59,545 nucleotides of DNA, from IMG/VR virus record IMGVR_UViG_3300045612_000175, positions 1 to 59,545 of that record. One strand, 5' to 3'. The notes beneath the pieces are model-generated. The model made no database searches. It was given only the letters and a program-made list of their open reading frames with translations, and had not been told where the DNA came from. A program made the translations under genes and the position numbers. Below, piece by piece: positions 1-9,859 of the stretch. Each line of letters starts with the position of its first letter. The first letter of the stretch is position 1. Source of the DNA: a virus (taxonomy: Duplodnaviria; Caudoviricetes).

Positions 1-129
1 CTGGGGGCGGCGGCGGCGGCGGAGCGGGAGGGTTTTTTGATGGCGGGTATGCGTTGCGAGGCGGGGTTACATATACGGTCACGGTTGGTTCCGGGGGGGC
101 GGCCGGAGTCTCGGGTGGGGCAGGCGGAT
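1..129. repeat. Terminal overlap with 59417..59545 (circular/permuted assembly, or collapsed repeat)
   Basis: Positions 4..129 are identical to 59420..59545. Positions 1-2 also match; position 3 is g versus t at 59419. Confidence 0.9.
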
Positions 130-623
130 CGGGGACTGACTCAGCGGTGTTCTCGGGGACGCAAGGATTGCGGATGACCGGCGGGGGTCGAGGCGGCGGG
201 GGGGGCAGTGGCGGCCCACTCGGCGGAGGCTCCGGCGGTGGAGATGATGGTTGGATATTCGGCACAAATACGGGGATCACCTATCAAGGATCAAACGGCG
301 GCACTGGGACGTACGGAGGCGCATCCAACGCAGGTGGCGGTGGAGGCGCTGGTGCCGTCGGTACGGGGTCGGCTGGCGGGGCCGGTTTTGATAGCGCATT
401 AACCGGCACGTATTACGCTGGAGGAGGCGGAGGCGGGAAAAAGGGCACTTCCGACTATACGGCGCCTGGCGGAATCGGCGGTGGTGGAAACGGATATGGA
501 AACGCCGCTGGGCAGGCGGGGACGGCGAATACGGGTGGCGGTGGTGGTGGAGGTTCTGGGCCATCGTCCGGCGGCGCAGGCGGCTCCGGCATTGTGATCA
601 TCGCCATACCGAGGTTTGCCTGA
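1..623 (+). CDS. Glycine-rich tail fibre/receptor-binding protein, C-terminal part (N-terminal part at 59188..59545)
   Basis: GGGGG-rich ORF ending GGSGIVIIAIPRFA, a typical Gly-rich virion protein C-terminus. In frame with the GTG-start ORF at 59188 across the overlap. Confidence 0.75.
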   Translation, partial: GGGGGGGAGGFFDGGYALRGGVTYTVTVGSGGAAGVSGGAGGSGTDSAVFSGTQGLRMTGGGRGGGGGSGGPLGGGSGGGDDGWIFGTNTGITYQGSNGGTGTYGGASNAGGGGGAGAVGTGSAGGAGFDSALTGTYYAGGGGGGKKGTSDYTAPGGIGGGGNGYGNAAGQAGTANTGGGGGGGSGPSSGGAGGSGIVIIAIPRFA

Positions 624-931
624 TGGCCCATTACGCAGAGGTTGACAGCGCGGGCATCGTGCAGCGCGTTCTTGTCGTCTCCAACGATGTGACGCATGCC
701 ACGCCGGACGGCACGGAATCCGAGGCGCTCGGGGCGACGTTTCTTGCCGATTTACTCGGCGGCGAATGGGTACAGACCTCTTACAATGGCAACAAGCGCG
801 TCCGGTACGCGGGGATCGGGTACACGTACGACCGCGAACGCGACGAGTTCGTCCCGCCGGGATGGATACTCGTTGACGGCGTCTGGACGGCGCCGCCCGT
901 GCCTGACGAGCCACCGGGACCGGAGGCGTAA
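623..931 (+). CDS. Small tail-fibre-associated protein
   Basis: AHYAEVD...WVQTSYNGN.R.RYAGIGYTYD...DEF motif, which commonly follows Gly-rich fibre genes in aquatic phages. TGATG coupling. Confidence 0.7.
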   Translation: MAHYAEVDSAGIVQRVLVVSNDVTHATPDGTESEALGATFLADLLGGEWVQTSYNGNKRVRYAGIGYTYDRERDEFVPPGWILVDGVWTAPPVPDEPPGPEA

Positions 932-2332
932 ATGCCTCTTGAACAAGTCAGCAATAGCCTCACCTTCTACGCCTTCTTCACGTATACGAAGCAAGGCGTC
1001 ACTGGGCTGACCGTCACGGCAGACGTGTACAGGAATGGAGTCTCGATCCTTACCGCGCAGGCATGCACGGCGGTGGGTGGGGGCATCTATTCCTATACGC
1101 TGGCGTCTGCGAGCGTGAATGCAGAAGGCGAATACATCTGCCTGTTCAAAACAGCGGGCACGGTCGATCAGCAACACATCCCTGCAATCTGGTGCATTGC
1201 CAAGGCAGGGGTGGAGTACTTGGATGCTCAGGTGACAAGTCGGGCAGCCATTGCCGACTACACGACGGCACGGGCGTCCAAGCTCGACAACCTTGATGCA
1301 GCCGTCACATCGAGGCTGGCTTCCGGCAACGTGACCGTAGGTTCGTATGCTGCTGGGCAAGACCCGGCCACCCTTGTGTGGGCAGCGGGCACACGGACGC
1401 TGACAGCGTTTGGTTTCAGCGTCACGGTCGGCACCAACAACGACAAGACGGGGTATGCACTGGCAGTCACGCCACCGACTGTTGCGAACATCTGGGATGC
1501 AGCCACGAGTGGCCTGACCACGGTGGGGTCGGTGGGCAAGAGGCTCGCCGACTACGTGGATGCTGCGGTATCAAGCAGGCTGGCGACCAGCGGCTATACC
1601 GCGCCGGACAACACAAGCGTTGCCACCATCCTGAGTCGCACGGATGTGGCAACCAGCACCAGAGCCAGTGGGGCGGATTACACGACCGCTCGGGCAGCCA
1701 AGATTGACAACCTTGATGCGACCATCAGTTCGAGGCTTGCGCCTGATGGCATCACGAGTATGCAGGCCGATGTGACGGCAATCAAAACGCCAGTCACCAC
1801 AAATCTTGATGCGACTATTAGCTCAAGGCTTGCACCTGCTGGCATCACCAGCATGCAGGCTGATGTGACGGCAATCAAGACCCCAGTCGTGGCCAACGTC
1901 GATGCAACAATTAGCTCGCGGCTTGCCTCCAGCGCTTATACGCCGACGACTGCCATGAGCGCAGATGTTGCCACGATTTTGAGTCGCACGGATGTGGCAA
2001 CGAGCACGAGGGCTGATGGATCTGCATATACAACTACAAGAGCCGCCAAGCTTGATCGGCTTGATGTGGCGGTCTCAAGCCGTGTCAGTGCGGGCACGGG
2101 AGCCATTGCGTATACCACCACGGTGACTGCACCAAGCACAGGTGCGCCAATTGAAGGTGTTGCCGCGTGGGTCACAAGCGACAGCGCGGGGGCAAACGTC
2201 ATTGCGGGCACGCAATACACCAGCGCAAGTGGGACATGCACGTTTATGCTTGATGCAGGCTCATACTATATGTGGCTGCAAAAGACTGGCTGGAACTTTT
2301 CAAATCCAGTCTCTATTACAGTGAGCACGTAA
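932..2332 (+). CDS. Repetitive virion structural protein (fibre-like)
   Basis: 466 aa with many (N)LDA.(I/V)SSR / DVATSTR repeats and beta-rich termini; lies in the tail module. Confidence 0.6.
   Translation: MPLEQVSNSLTFYAFFTYTKQGVTGLTVTADVYRNGVSILTAQACTAVGGGIYSYTLASASVNAEGEYICLFKTAGTVDQQHIPAIWCIAKAGVEYLDAQVTSRAAIADYTTARASKLDNLDAAVTSRLASGNVTVGSYAAGQDPATLVWAAGTRTLTAFGFSVTVGTNNDKTGYALAVTPPTVANIWDAATSGLTTVGSVGKRLADYVDAAVSSRLATSGYTAPDNTSVATILSRTDVATSTRASGADYTTARAAKIDNLDATISSRLAPDGITSMQADVTAIKTPVTTNLDATISSRLAPAGITSMQADVTAIKTPVVANVDATISSRLASSAYTPTTAMSADVATILSRTDVATSTRADGSAYTTTRAAKLDRLDVAVSSRVSAGTGAIAYTTTVTAPSTGAPIEGVAAWVTSDSAGANVIAGTQYTSASGTCTFMLDAGSYYMWLQKTGWNFSNPVSITVST
1709..1935 (+). repeat. 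93-bp (31-aa) intragenic tandem repeat
   Basis: NLDATISSRLAPDGITSMQADVTAIKTPVTT / NLDATISSRLAPAGITSMQADVTAIKTPVVA / NVDATISSRLA. Confidence 0.85.
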
Positions 2333-3628
2333 ATGCCTACATCTCAAGTGATTGTCCCTTCTCCAGCAGCAAGTAGCAGTGCGGCATCAAATAGCAATGT
2401 AGTGAGCAGAAAAGAGTTGCGTCGCTATATTGCTGGGCCTTGGGGACTTGGTGGCCTTCATAGTGGCATTGCATCAGATGGAACAAATCTGGTGCAGGGA
2501 CTCAAGCAGCTCGTCGATCAGAGTAGCGATGGACTTATAGATACTGCATATGATTCTGATAGATTTGAGCATGGATGGCTCATGAAGCTTAATAGCGATG
2601 GAACATCAGAGTCTCATAGAATTGCTTCTTATAGTCCAAACGATGGAACAATAACCATTGGGCGAGAATTTGTAGCGCAGCCTGTTTCTGGTCAAACAGA
2701 ATATGAAATTCATACACATGGAATGAGTCCGATTGATATCAATGCGGCAATAGACTGGGCGTGCAATACCGCGAGGCTCGGCGCGTGGGTAATGCTTGGC
2801 GGCCTTGTTGCTGACGGAGACATGCAGTACAGCACACTTGAATCATGGACAACTTCTGGTGCGACGGCCCAGAAAGTCGCGCTTGTGGCCGGTGGGCGCG
2901 CACTGAGTGTGGCAGCAAGTTCGGCGAATGGCTATGCTCGGAGCCTGTCTTTTGCAGTGTCGCCGCTCAAGACATATAGGATCTACGCAATTGGCACACC
3001 AAGTACGACAAGTGGTTCGCTGAGCGTTCAGGCATGGAGCGACTCGGGGCAGGTGTCCGTCACATGGTTTGGGGGCAGCACGGGGACGGTCACAGGGCAC
3101 GAAGGATTTTTTGGCGGCTCTTTTCTTGTGCCAGATGGCACGACAGTAATGCATGTGAGGCTCATTGGAAGCGGCACATGGACTGGAGTGGCCGTCTACG
3201 AGAACATGAGCAGGGGTGCGGCGCTCCCAGCATGGTGCATGCCTTATGATCAAGTCATCATTGGAGTTGCATACATTGATGGTGCTGGAGGTCGCGGCAC
3301 AAAGGAGTATCGTGTAATACCGGGGCTTCCTGAGCCAAAGGGTGGCTGGCTAGAATTTGTGCCATCAGACTGGGGTGGCCCAATTGCACTCAATGTTGCT
3401 ATTCCTTTTGCGATTCCTTCTGATGACAATGCTCTCTTCCAAATGAGCGCAAGAGACTATATTGCGACAGGTGCTTTGCGCTTCATCTATACGGGCCTGT
3501 CGCGGCCAAGAACTGTTGATACGAGCCGCTACGAGGCAGGCAGGCTCAAAGTCGAGCGAGAGTGGCAGGCATATCAGCGTGCAAGAAATCCGCTCGCATC
3601 TAAGAGAAATTCTTGGGGCAAGCGCTAG
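2333..3628 (+). CDS. Putative head-tail adaptor protein with inserted carbohydrate-binding-like domain
   Basis: N-terminal SRKELRRYIA helix, INAAIDWA motif, central jelly-roll-like segment; lies just before the nozzle-like gene. Positional inference. Confidence 0.45.
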   Translation: MPTSQVIVPSPAASSSAASNSNVVSRKELRRYIAGPWGLGGLHSGIASDGTNLVQGLKQLVDQSSDGLIDTAYDSDRFEHGWLMKLNSDGTSESHRIASYSPNDGTITIGREFVAQPVSGQTEYEIHTHGMSPIDINAAIDWACNTARLGAWVMLGGLVADGDMQYSTLESWTTSGATAQKVALVAGGRALSVAASSANGYARSLSFAVSPLKTYRIYAIGTPSTTSGSLSVQAWSDSGQVSVTWFGGSTGTVTGHEGFFGGSFLVPDGTTVMHVRLIGSGTWTGVAVYENMSRGAALPAWCMPYDQVIIGVAYIDGAGGRGTKEYRVIPGLPEPKGGWLEFVPSDWGGPIALNVAIPFAIPSDDNALFQMSARDYIATGALRFIYTGLSRPRTVDTSRYEAGRLKVEREWQAYQRARNPLASKRNSWGKR

Positions 3629-5817
3629 TGTCCGGCAAGGTCAGAAACATAGGCACGCTAAGAATTGATGGCGTGTCATATCAGCTCGTTCCAAACGGTG
3701 AAGGCTGGACGTACACGTACACGGGTGTGGCAAGCGTGTCTCAGCAGACATCACCAGAGGAGCAGATTCTGGCGAGTGCACCTCCGGGCTACAAGCGCAC
3801 GGTTGGCTGGCTTGATTGGACAGCGGGCACAGTCGGACCAGACATCTATTCGCCGAACATGAAGTATCTTGCTTCAGGAGAAGGTCCGCAGACCGAGCTT
3901 GCAAGAAAAATTGTAAGGCCCATGCAGAAGAGGCGCATCGAGCTTTCTTCTGCAAAAGGGCGTGTCATAGATTTTTTTGAGTTTGACTTTTATGACGGCA
4001 CCACGGGCCTGTATGTGGTACAGGCAGGAGGCGTGGTAAGGCGCATTACTACAGGCCTCAACGCGGAGGCAGTTGCCGCGCAGAAGACCACAGTCGGCAC
4101 AGGAGGCGGAGACTCAGCGGGCGTCACTCTTACGACAAGGACGCTCACCGAAGCATCACCGCCATGGACATGGTCCATTGGTGGCGGGAACACAAGGACG
4201 GGCGTGCTCTTGGGGGCGAAGGACGCAGCAGTCGTGCGCTGCTACGAGAGTGCATCGACTGCGGGTCTCCTTGTCTGGGAAGAGGACACTGGAGAGGCAT
4301 CCGGTGGGGTGAATCACAACCCTGTAAGGTTCACGCACTGGACCACAGGGGTCTACTCAAACGAGGCCGTAGGCGGCGAGTACTTGTGGGCCAGCACTGC
4401 ACCAAACTTTGTGCCAGATGTGGGTGGGACCGCAACCAAGCAGGCCATCTGGCCGCTTATTCAGGAGCAGGATCCATTCATTTGGGATAACTGGGTTGCA
4501 GAAATATCACCACTGAGCCTAGATCCGGGCCTGCATAGAATTACTGGTATTGCTGCATTGCGCGACATGATTGTGATTACAACAAGTGTAGGCACAGTCT
4601 ATCGAGTAAAGACAGACGCGGCAGGCGGAGTGCCAGCTCCCGTGCTTGATAGGCGTGCGGCCGTGCCTGATCCTGATAATGGACGGACGATGCGCGTGTG
4701 GAATGGGCGGCTCTTTGTGCCTACGCCTCGTGGCCTTTTTATGTACGTGGAGTTTGACGGACAGGTCGGCGGCACCCTTGTGTCAGTGGGACCTGAGTGC
4801 ATCAAGGGCCATAACGGGCCGGTTCGAGGACACTCAGTCATTTATGGTGGCGACCCCGAGTGGCTCTATGCTGCATTCTGGAATGGCACTGACTCATATA
4901 TTTTGAAAGGGCGACTCCCAGAGCAAGGCGAGGAGGCTCCGGGTCGCATGATATGGCACAGCGCCTGTGCATATATTCCAAATGAGAGAGTCACTGCGCT
5001 GCATGTAACAAGTCCAAATGCATCGACAAATCCGATACTGTGCATTGGTACTCAGACGAATCCCACGGGGACTCAGCTTATACCGAGTGTGCATTTTGTC
5101 ACACTGCCAAGACCGGGCAAGACGCTATTGACAGACAACAACTTGCGCTTTGATGTGAGTGGGCTGAGCGCAACATTGCCAGACCATGACTGCATGCTTG
5201 CAAATATCAAGAAGACATTTATGAGAGTATCTGTCACGTCTCATAATGTTAGCGCAATAAATCCAATTGATGTATATGCAAGAATTGATGAGAGCCAATG
5301 GGCAAGAGTTGGAGCAATAAAAGATTCGCCAATTGCAGACCTGTCATTGCCAAGAAATCTTACAGGATATAAGCTTGGACTAAAGCTCGTATTTCTTGGA
5401 AATGACAACACTGTGCCGAGCTTCGTGCAGGCAGTAGGGGTAGATTTTGTGGCACATATGCCAGCATCAAAATTTATTGACTGTGACGTGTTTATAGCTC
5501 AGGGACAGACAGTAGTGACTGGAGCGAACCAGTACTCTGGAATGAGCAGGGTCGCACTGCTAGAAATGCTCAAAGACAGCTCTAGGCTTCTTGCCGTAGT
5601 TGGTCCAGATGGCATTGAAAGGCAAGCACAGTTCGACAAGACTGCGGGCCTCACATGGTCTTGGGTGGATCAAGCCACACCGGACGCACAGTCAGGATTT
5701 CGTGCCAAATTTAGACTCAACATATACGACGACTTTGTATTGCAGCGGGCAGCACTGTATGATACGGATCCTTATACCGAGGGAACATTCGTTTCATACT
5801 ATGACATGACAGGCTAA
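3613..5817 (+). CDS. Putative tail nozzle / tubular protein (P22 gp10 / T7 gp12-like)
   Basis: 734 aa, beta-propeller-like composition, follows the adaptor-like gene. Confidence 0.5.
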   Translation: MGQALVSGKVRNIGTLRIDGVSYQLVPNGEGWTYTYTGVASVSQQTSPEEQILASAPPGYKRTVGWLDWTAGTVGPDIYSPNMKYLASGEGPQTELARKIVRPMQKRRIELSSAKGRVIDFFEFDFYDGTTGLYVVQAGGVVRRITTGLNAEAVAAQKTTVGTGGGDSAGVTLTTRTLTEASPPWTWSIGGGNTRTGVLLGAKDAAVVRCYESASTAGLLVWEEDTGEASGGVNHNPVRFTHWTTGVYSNEAVGGEYLWASTAPNFVPDVGGTATKQAIWPLIQEQDPFIWDNWVAEISPLSLDPGLHRITGIAALRDMIVITTSVGTVYRVKTDAAGGVPAPVLDRRAAVPDPDNGRTMRVWNGRLFVPTPRGLFMYVEFDGQVGGTLVSVGPECIKGHNGPVRGHSVIYGGDPEWLYAAFWNGTDSYILKGRLPEQGEEAPGRMIWHSACAYIPNERVTALHVTSPNASTNPILCIGTQTNPTGTQLIPSVHFVTLPRPGKTLLTDNNLRFDVSGLSATLPDHDCMLANIKKTFMRVSVTSHNVSAINPIDVYARIDESQWARVGAIKDSPIADLSLPRNLTGYKLGLKLVFLGNDNTVPSFVQAVGVDFVAHMPASKFIDCDVFIAQGQTVVTGANQYSGMSRVALLEMLKDSSRLLAVVGPDGIERQAQFDKTAGLTWSWVDQATPDAQSGFRAKFRLNIYDDFVLQRAALYDTDPYTEGTFVSYYDMTG

Positions 5818-5828
5818 AGAGGCACACA

Positions 5829-6551
5829 ATGAGCTTTGACCGAGAGCTGGGGACGACAGTCCGCAAAGAACACATATTGCAAATCGTCAAGGCTTGGGAA
5901 GGCGATGAGAGCTACGGCGTGCCCCTCGCACTGACTGCTGTGAGTTCGAGCACAAGCCCCGCGCTGTCAGTCAGAAATAGATCGGCGAGCGGCGTGGGAC
6001 TGCTTGTAAGAAATAGCAGTGACACTGGTGACTTGCTGCGGGTCACTGACTCGGGAGCCGCGTTCTCTTTTCAGCCGGGGTCCATTAATGGCTCTGGTGT
6101 GGTCACGCCGAGCATCACGCTTGGTGGAGATAGTGACACAGGCTTCTGGCACCCCGGCGGAAATGATAATAACGGCAATATATCAATTGCAAGTCAAGGC
6201 GCGGAGGTCGAGCGCTGGACACCTACTGCACATACAGTGTATTTGCCGACAACAATTGACGACCAGAATGCAAATGCCGATGGGCTTTCAATCAAGCCGG
6301 TCAATGCGGCTGGTGCGTCGCAGGCAGGCCCAAGGCTTGTGCTTCAGGCGACCGCACTGAGCGGAGCCACAGTCAATGCAAGGGACTTTATTTTGCGTGT
6401 GAGCACCACGGCGGCTGATGGCACGGGGAAGCTCGAAGTGCTAACAAGGCTCAACGGCGGAGCAGAGACCGTCGTCATGAGTCTTACGGACAGTGGCACT
6501 CTCAGCGATTCATTCTCGACATCAGTAGGCAAGATGTGGCTTTGCTCTTAA
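5829..6551 (+). CDS. Virion tail protein
   Basis: PSITLGGDSDTGFWHPG motif typical of phage fibres; hydrophobic C-terminal KMWLCS resembles the ends of the 57853 and 58534 products. Confidence 0.55.
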   Translation: MSFDRELGTTVRKEHILQIVKAWEGDESYGVPLALTAVSSSTSPALSVRNRSASGVGLLVRNSSDTGDLLRVTDSGAAFSFQPGSINGSGVVTPSITLGGDSDTGFWHPGGNDNNGNISIASQGAEVERWTPTAHTVYLPTTIDDQNANADGLSIKPVNAAGASQAGPRLVLQATALSGATVNARDFILRVSTTAADGTGKLEVLTRLNGGAETVVMSLTDSGTLSDSFSTSVGKMWLCS

Positions 6552-6579
6552 AATAATAATACTATAGAAAGAAAAAGGC

Positions 6580-6780
6580 GTGGACATTGATTTGCTTCTT
6601 GGAATTGCAAGGGAGTCTCCGGGTGTCATACTTACAGTACTAGCACTATACCTTTTTAAAGTAGTGGTAAACGACATGAAGCATGATGTTGAGAGCATGA
6701 AGCACATGCTCGGGCAAATTCAGTCGTCTCTTGCAAAGATTGCAGATACAATTGAAAGGGCAGAGAAGCGTGGAAATTGA
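6580..6780 (+). CDS. Holin-like membrane protein (1 TM plus coiled coil)
   Basis: PGVILTVLALYLFKVVV hydrophobic stretch directly before the endolysin. Confidence 0.55.
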   Translation: MDIDLLLGIARESPGVILTVLALYLFKVVVNDMKHDVESMKHMLGQIQSSLAKIADTIERAEKRGN

Positions 6781-7501
6781 ACTGAGGTCCACAAAATTTA
6801 AGACATCGACGCCTCATGGAACTATTCGAGAGATCGCGGGTGTTGTGCTGCATCACACAGGCACGACAAGGGCAGTCGAGTGCCGCAGTCAAGGCTCATG
6901 GCATTTCATCGTCGATAGAGATGGGACTGTCTACAATGATGTGGACACGAATGATATTGCTTGGCATACCGCATATACAAATAGATGGAAGCCAAAGTGG
7001 GTTGATGCCAGCGCGCCGTGGTTCACTGGCAGCGCAATCAATGCGTGCAGTATCGGCATTGAAATTGTGAGCCATCCAGACTTGCCAAACTTTAAGGGCT
7101 ATACGAATGCGCAGCTCGCAGCACTTGGCGAGCTATTCAGAAAGCTATGGGTGGATCACGGTGACCTGTGGTACGTAGGCCATGGTCAGGTGCAGCTTGA
7201 TCGGCGCAGGACCGAGCCGGACGACTTCCCATGGGACAGATACTTCCTGTGGGACGACAACAATGGATATAGATACGTTCATGATATTGGGGGCAATGAA
7301 GAAATGACCGACACGCAGCGTGGCATTCTTGCGGCGGCCGAGAGGCAGGGCCTCAAGGAAGAGGCCGACATTGACCAGCTCGTCGGGCGCTACAATCTGC
7401 TGGCTGAGCAGGTCGAGAGCCTAGAGCATTTGCTTGCTGAGGCGCAGGCAGAGCGCGATGCAGCCATTGCGGCCAAGGAGGCGGCAGATGCGCGGGATTG
7501 A
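6770..7501 (+). CDS. Endolysin, N-acetylmuramoyl-L-alanine amidase (Amidase_2)
   Basis: VVLHHT, SWHFIVDRDG, IAWH, SIGIEI, YTNAQL and GHGQV motifs. GTG start at 6770 preferred. Confidence 0.85.
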   Translation: MEIELRSTKFKTSTPHGTIREIAGVVLHHTGTTRAVECRSQGSWHFIVDRDGTVYNDVDTNDIAWHTAYTNRWKPKWVDASAPWFTGSAINACSIGIEIVSHPDLPNFKGYTNAQLAALGELFRKLWVDHGDLWYVGHGQVQLDRRRTEPDDFPWDRYFLWDDNNGYRYVHDIGGNEEMTDTQRGILAAAERQGLKEEADIDQLVGRYNLLAEQVESLEHLLAEAQAERDAAIAAKEAADARD

Positions 7502-7703
7502 CAATGAAGCAGTCATGACGTATGTTGCTGCGACACTTGGTATTATCTCGTGTCTTGCAACAATCTACGGGGCACTTGTCATTGGGGACAATGACTACAG
7601 TGTGGCGCTCATTTCTATGAATGGGGCGACGACTGCGTTTTTTCTGACATTGCATGCGAAGAAGACGCTAGGTGGTCCACCTGATGGACCGGGAGTGGCG
7701 TAA
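7488..7703 (+). CDS. Putative holin (2 TM)
   Basis: Two hydrophobic helices directly after the endolysin. Confidence 0.5.
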   Translation: MRGIDNEAVMTYVAATLGIISCLATIYGALVIGDNDYSVALISMNGATTAFFLTLHAKKTLGGPPDGPGVA

Positions 7704-8265
7704 TGGCTGGTAAGACTGGGACGAGAATGCCGTCGAAGAAGATGGCAGTCGTGGTTGTCATCGGCACCAAGGGGCCGAAGAGCATCGGGCGCAAGCCCAG
7801 TGCGAAGAAGTACTGAGATGGCACCGGAGCATCGTGGCTTCAAGGAAGTGCAGGCAAGCATCGCAAAGAAGGGTGGCTACAGCATGGAGGCGGCAGGAGC
7901 AATTCTTGCCAGCGCCAGTCGCAAGGCTAGCCCTGCTGCGAAGAAGGCAAACCCCCGGCTGAACAAAGTCAAAGGCTAGTAAAGGAATAATACAAGAATG
8001 TATGGGAAGAAGACTGCTCCTCCGAAGAGAATGCCTGCCGGGCATGACGGCAAGACTAAGTGCCATTGCGGAATGAAGAAAGGAAAGTAGTATGGTAGCT
8101 CGTAAGAAGCCGATGATGGAAAAGGAGCCGACCACTCGGGCGGGCATGGCAGCGGACATGAAGAAGGACGCGGCCATGGCAAAGGCAATGGGAAGCAAGA
8201 GCAAGGCCCCGGCCAAGCCTGCTGCCAAGGGTGGTCGCCCTATGCCCCCGTGGCTCGGCAAGTAG
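7703..8265 (+). CDS. Four tandem tiny Lys/Met-rich basic proteins (7703..7816, 7818..7979, 7998..8090, 8092..8265)
   Basis: Translated by hand: MAGKTGTRMPSKK..., MAPEHRGFKEVQASIAKK..., MYGKKTAPPKR..., MVARKKPMMEK...MPPWLGK. Tightly packed and followed by a terminator. Confidence 0.7.
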
Positions 8266-8269
8266 CCAC

Positions 8270-8315
8270 AAAGAGAAATGCCCCCGAGCATCTGAGATGC
8301 CGGGGGCTTTCTTTT
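8270..8315. terminator. Bidirectional intrinsic terminator
   Basis: aagagaaat GCCCCCG-a-GCATC tga GATGC-CGGGGGC tttctttt, between convergent operons. Confidence 0.8.
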
Positions 8316-9036
8316 ACAGGCCGGACTCGATCACGAGCCAGCCGATTGATTTTGGGAAGGCCCGCTTTACGAGACTATGGACTACTCGTGCGTAGTCTCG
8401 GATCTCGTGCTGTGCGTCATCGCTGAGCCTCTGATTCAAGAAGTGGGCGATGGCGTGGAGACTGCCGGTCCAGCGCCATGTAGTGTAGAGCGCATAGGCT
8501 GGCAGGAAGAGTCGAGCCTGCTCAGCACAGATGCCAGCGTCGAGAGCCTCTTCATAGAGGAGTACGCTGCGAACCACGTGGCTCGTGAGCAGGGCCTCTT
8601 GCCTTGCGCTCTCTCGTGTGGGGGCTGGGCCGCCTGAGCCAGCCTTCGACGAGGCAGGAGCGAGCCGCCACTCAAGCGGCACGTAGAATTGCGGAGGCAT
8701 GGTCACGTAGCGCCTTGAGGCCTCGTTGCGCGCGTAGAGGCTGTCGCTGCTGTCTTCCTCGCCCGGCTCACTGTGGGCACTGCCCACGCGATACTTGAAC
8801 CACTGCCTCGCCACCATGAGCGGGGCCTTGATCTCAAAGGTCATTGCCGCATGGCGAAACGGGCTGGTGTGACCATGAAGTGCGAGGTACTTGATGAGCT
8901 TCTCGTCGCCCTCTGAGAACTCGCGGCTCTCCTTCATATAGGAGGCGCGAGCCGCATTGACGACAGAGAGGTCCGTGCCGAGGGTATCGACGTGCCGAAC
9001 GTAGCCATGAGGGGCAATGTGTATTATGGTATCCAT
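8314..9036 (-). CDS. thyX: Flavin-dependent thymidylate synthase
   Basis: VVNAARASY, HTSPFRH, KAPLMVARQWFKYR, NEASRRY, EQARLFLP, AQHEIRDYA. Confidence 0.93.
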   Translation of the reverse strand: MDTIIHIAPHGYVRHVDTLGTDLSVVNAARASYMKESREFSEGDEKLIKYLALHGHTSPFRHAAMTFEIKAPLMVARQWFKYRVGSAHSEPGEEDSSDSLYARNEASRRYVTMPPQFYVPLEWRLAPASSKAGSGGPAPTRESARQEALLTSHVVRSVLLYEEALDAGICAEQARLFLPAYALYTTWRWTGSLHAIAHFLNQRLSDDAQHEIRDYARVVHSLVKRAFPKSIGWLVIESGL

Positions 9037-9042
9037 GGGGCC

Positions 9043-9048
9043 ATTATA
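9043..9048 (-). promoter_or_regulatory. -10 box for leaderless thyX transcript
   Basis: TATAAT exactly 6 nt before the ATG; no SD. Confidence 0.55.
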
Positions 9049-9655
9049 CAGAGAGGGAGTGCCTCATCGCACGCTTGGCCTTCTCTAGCATGCTCTTGAT
9101 GATCTGCCAGTCAAGGCCAAGGTCTTCGGCGATCTCTTGATAGCTGTAGCCATCTGCACGCATGATGAGGACTTGGCGAAGGTCTGGGCTTAATGCAGAA
9201 AGTGCACGTGTCATTTTTTCAGACATCGGCTCGGGGCCATCAATAAGCGTCGCTGGGTCCATGGCAGCGGTCATGCTGCCAGACATAGATGGAATGCCGA
9301 CAGACGACACGTAGTCGTCGATGCTGTCCATATCTTCTGAGAGTGAGCGCTCTTCTAGGCTGTATATTTTTATGTATCTGTTTCTGCGACCTTCATCTCG
9401 AACAAGGTTGCTTGCAATTGTGTAGAGCCATGCATTAAAATAAAAAGTGCCGTCTCTGATTCCGGGCAAGCTAGCAATTGCTCTTGCCATTGTTTGCTGC
9501 ACTATCGCTTCAGTAGCACTTCTGTCTCCGGTAAGCTTGAATACGTGCCTCATAAGGCCGGGCCTGAGGCGCTCGGAAAGGACACCAAACGCAGCCATGT
9601 CTCCAAGGCGTATTCTTTCAAGAAGTGCTTTCGTTTCTTCAGAAGAACTAGTCAT
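9044..9655 (-). CDS. ECF-type RNA polymerase sigma factor
   Basis: GDMAAF, FNAWLYTIASN (region 2); LSPDLRQVLIMRADGYSYQEIAEDLG (region 4 HTH). Confidence 0.9.
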   Translation of the reverse strand: MTSSSEETKALLERIRLGDMAAFGVLSERLRPGLMRHVFKLTGDRSATEAIVQQTMARAIASLPGIRDGTFYFNAWLYTIASNLVRDEGRRNRYIKIYSLEERSLSEDMDSIDDYVSSVGIPSMSGSMTAAMDPATLIDGPEPMSEKMTRALSALSPDLRQVLIMRADGYSYQEIAEDLGLDWQIIKSMLEKAKRAMRHSLSV

Positions 9656-9842
9656 GGATATTAGACCTATTGCTTTGCTGACTTGGCTTTTTCATGTTGG
9701 TGTCTCCGAGGCAGGGATTCAAAAGCTTATTCAGCTTCGTATTCAATATACAAAAACGGACGCACGCTGGGATGGCATGCATCTTGACAACAGGCTCCAG
9801 TTTGCGCGCTGGCTGTATCTGACTGGCAAGATCTCAGGCTGA
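9654..9842 (+). CDS. Small hypothetical protein (RLQFARWLYLTGKI motif)
   Basis: 62 aa. The C-terminal motif resembles small proteins I associate with Chloroflexota (from memory, unverified). Confidence 0.55.
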   Translation: MDIRPIALLTWLFHVGVSEAGIQKLIQLRIQYTKTDARWDGMHLDNRLQFARWLYLTGKISG

Positions 9843-9859
9843 GAGGCTACACTTGGGCC

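Noticed and set aside
8700-8810. ThyX with KYR instead of RHR
   Set aside because: KY-type variants with an insertion before NE.SRRY occur in a known ThyX subgroup, and the other motifs are intact.
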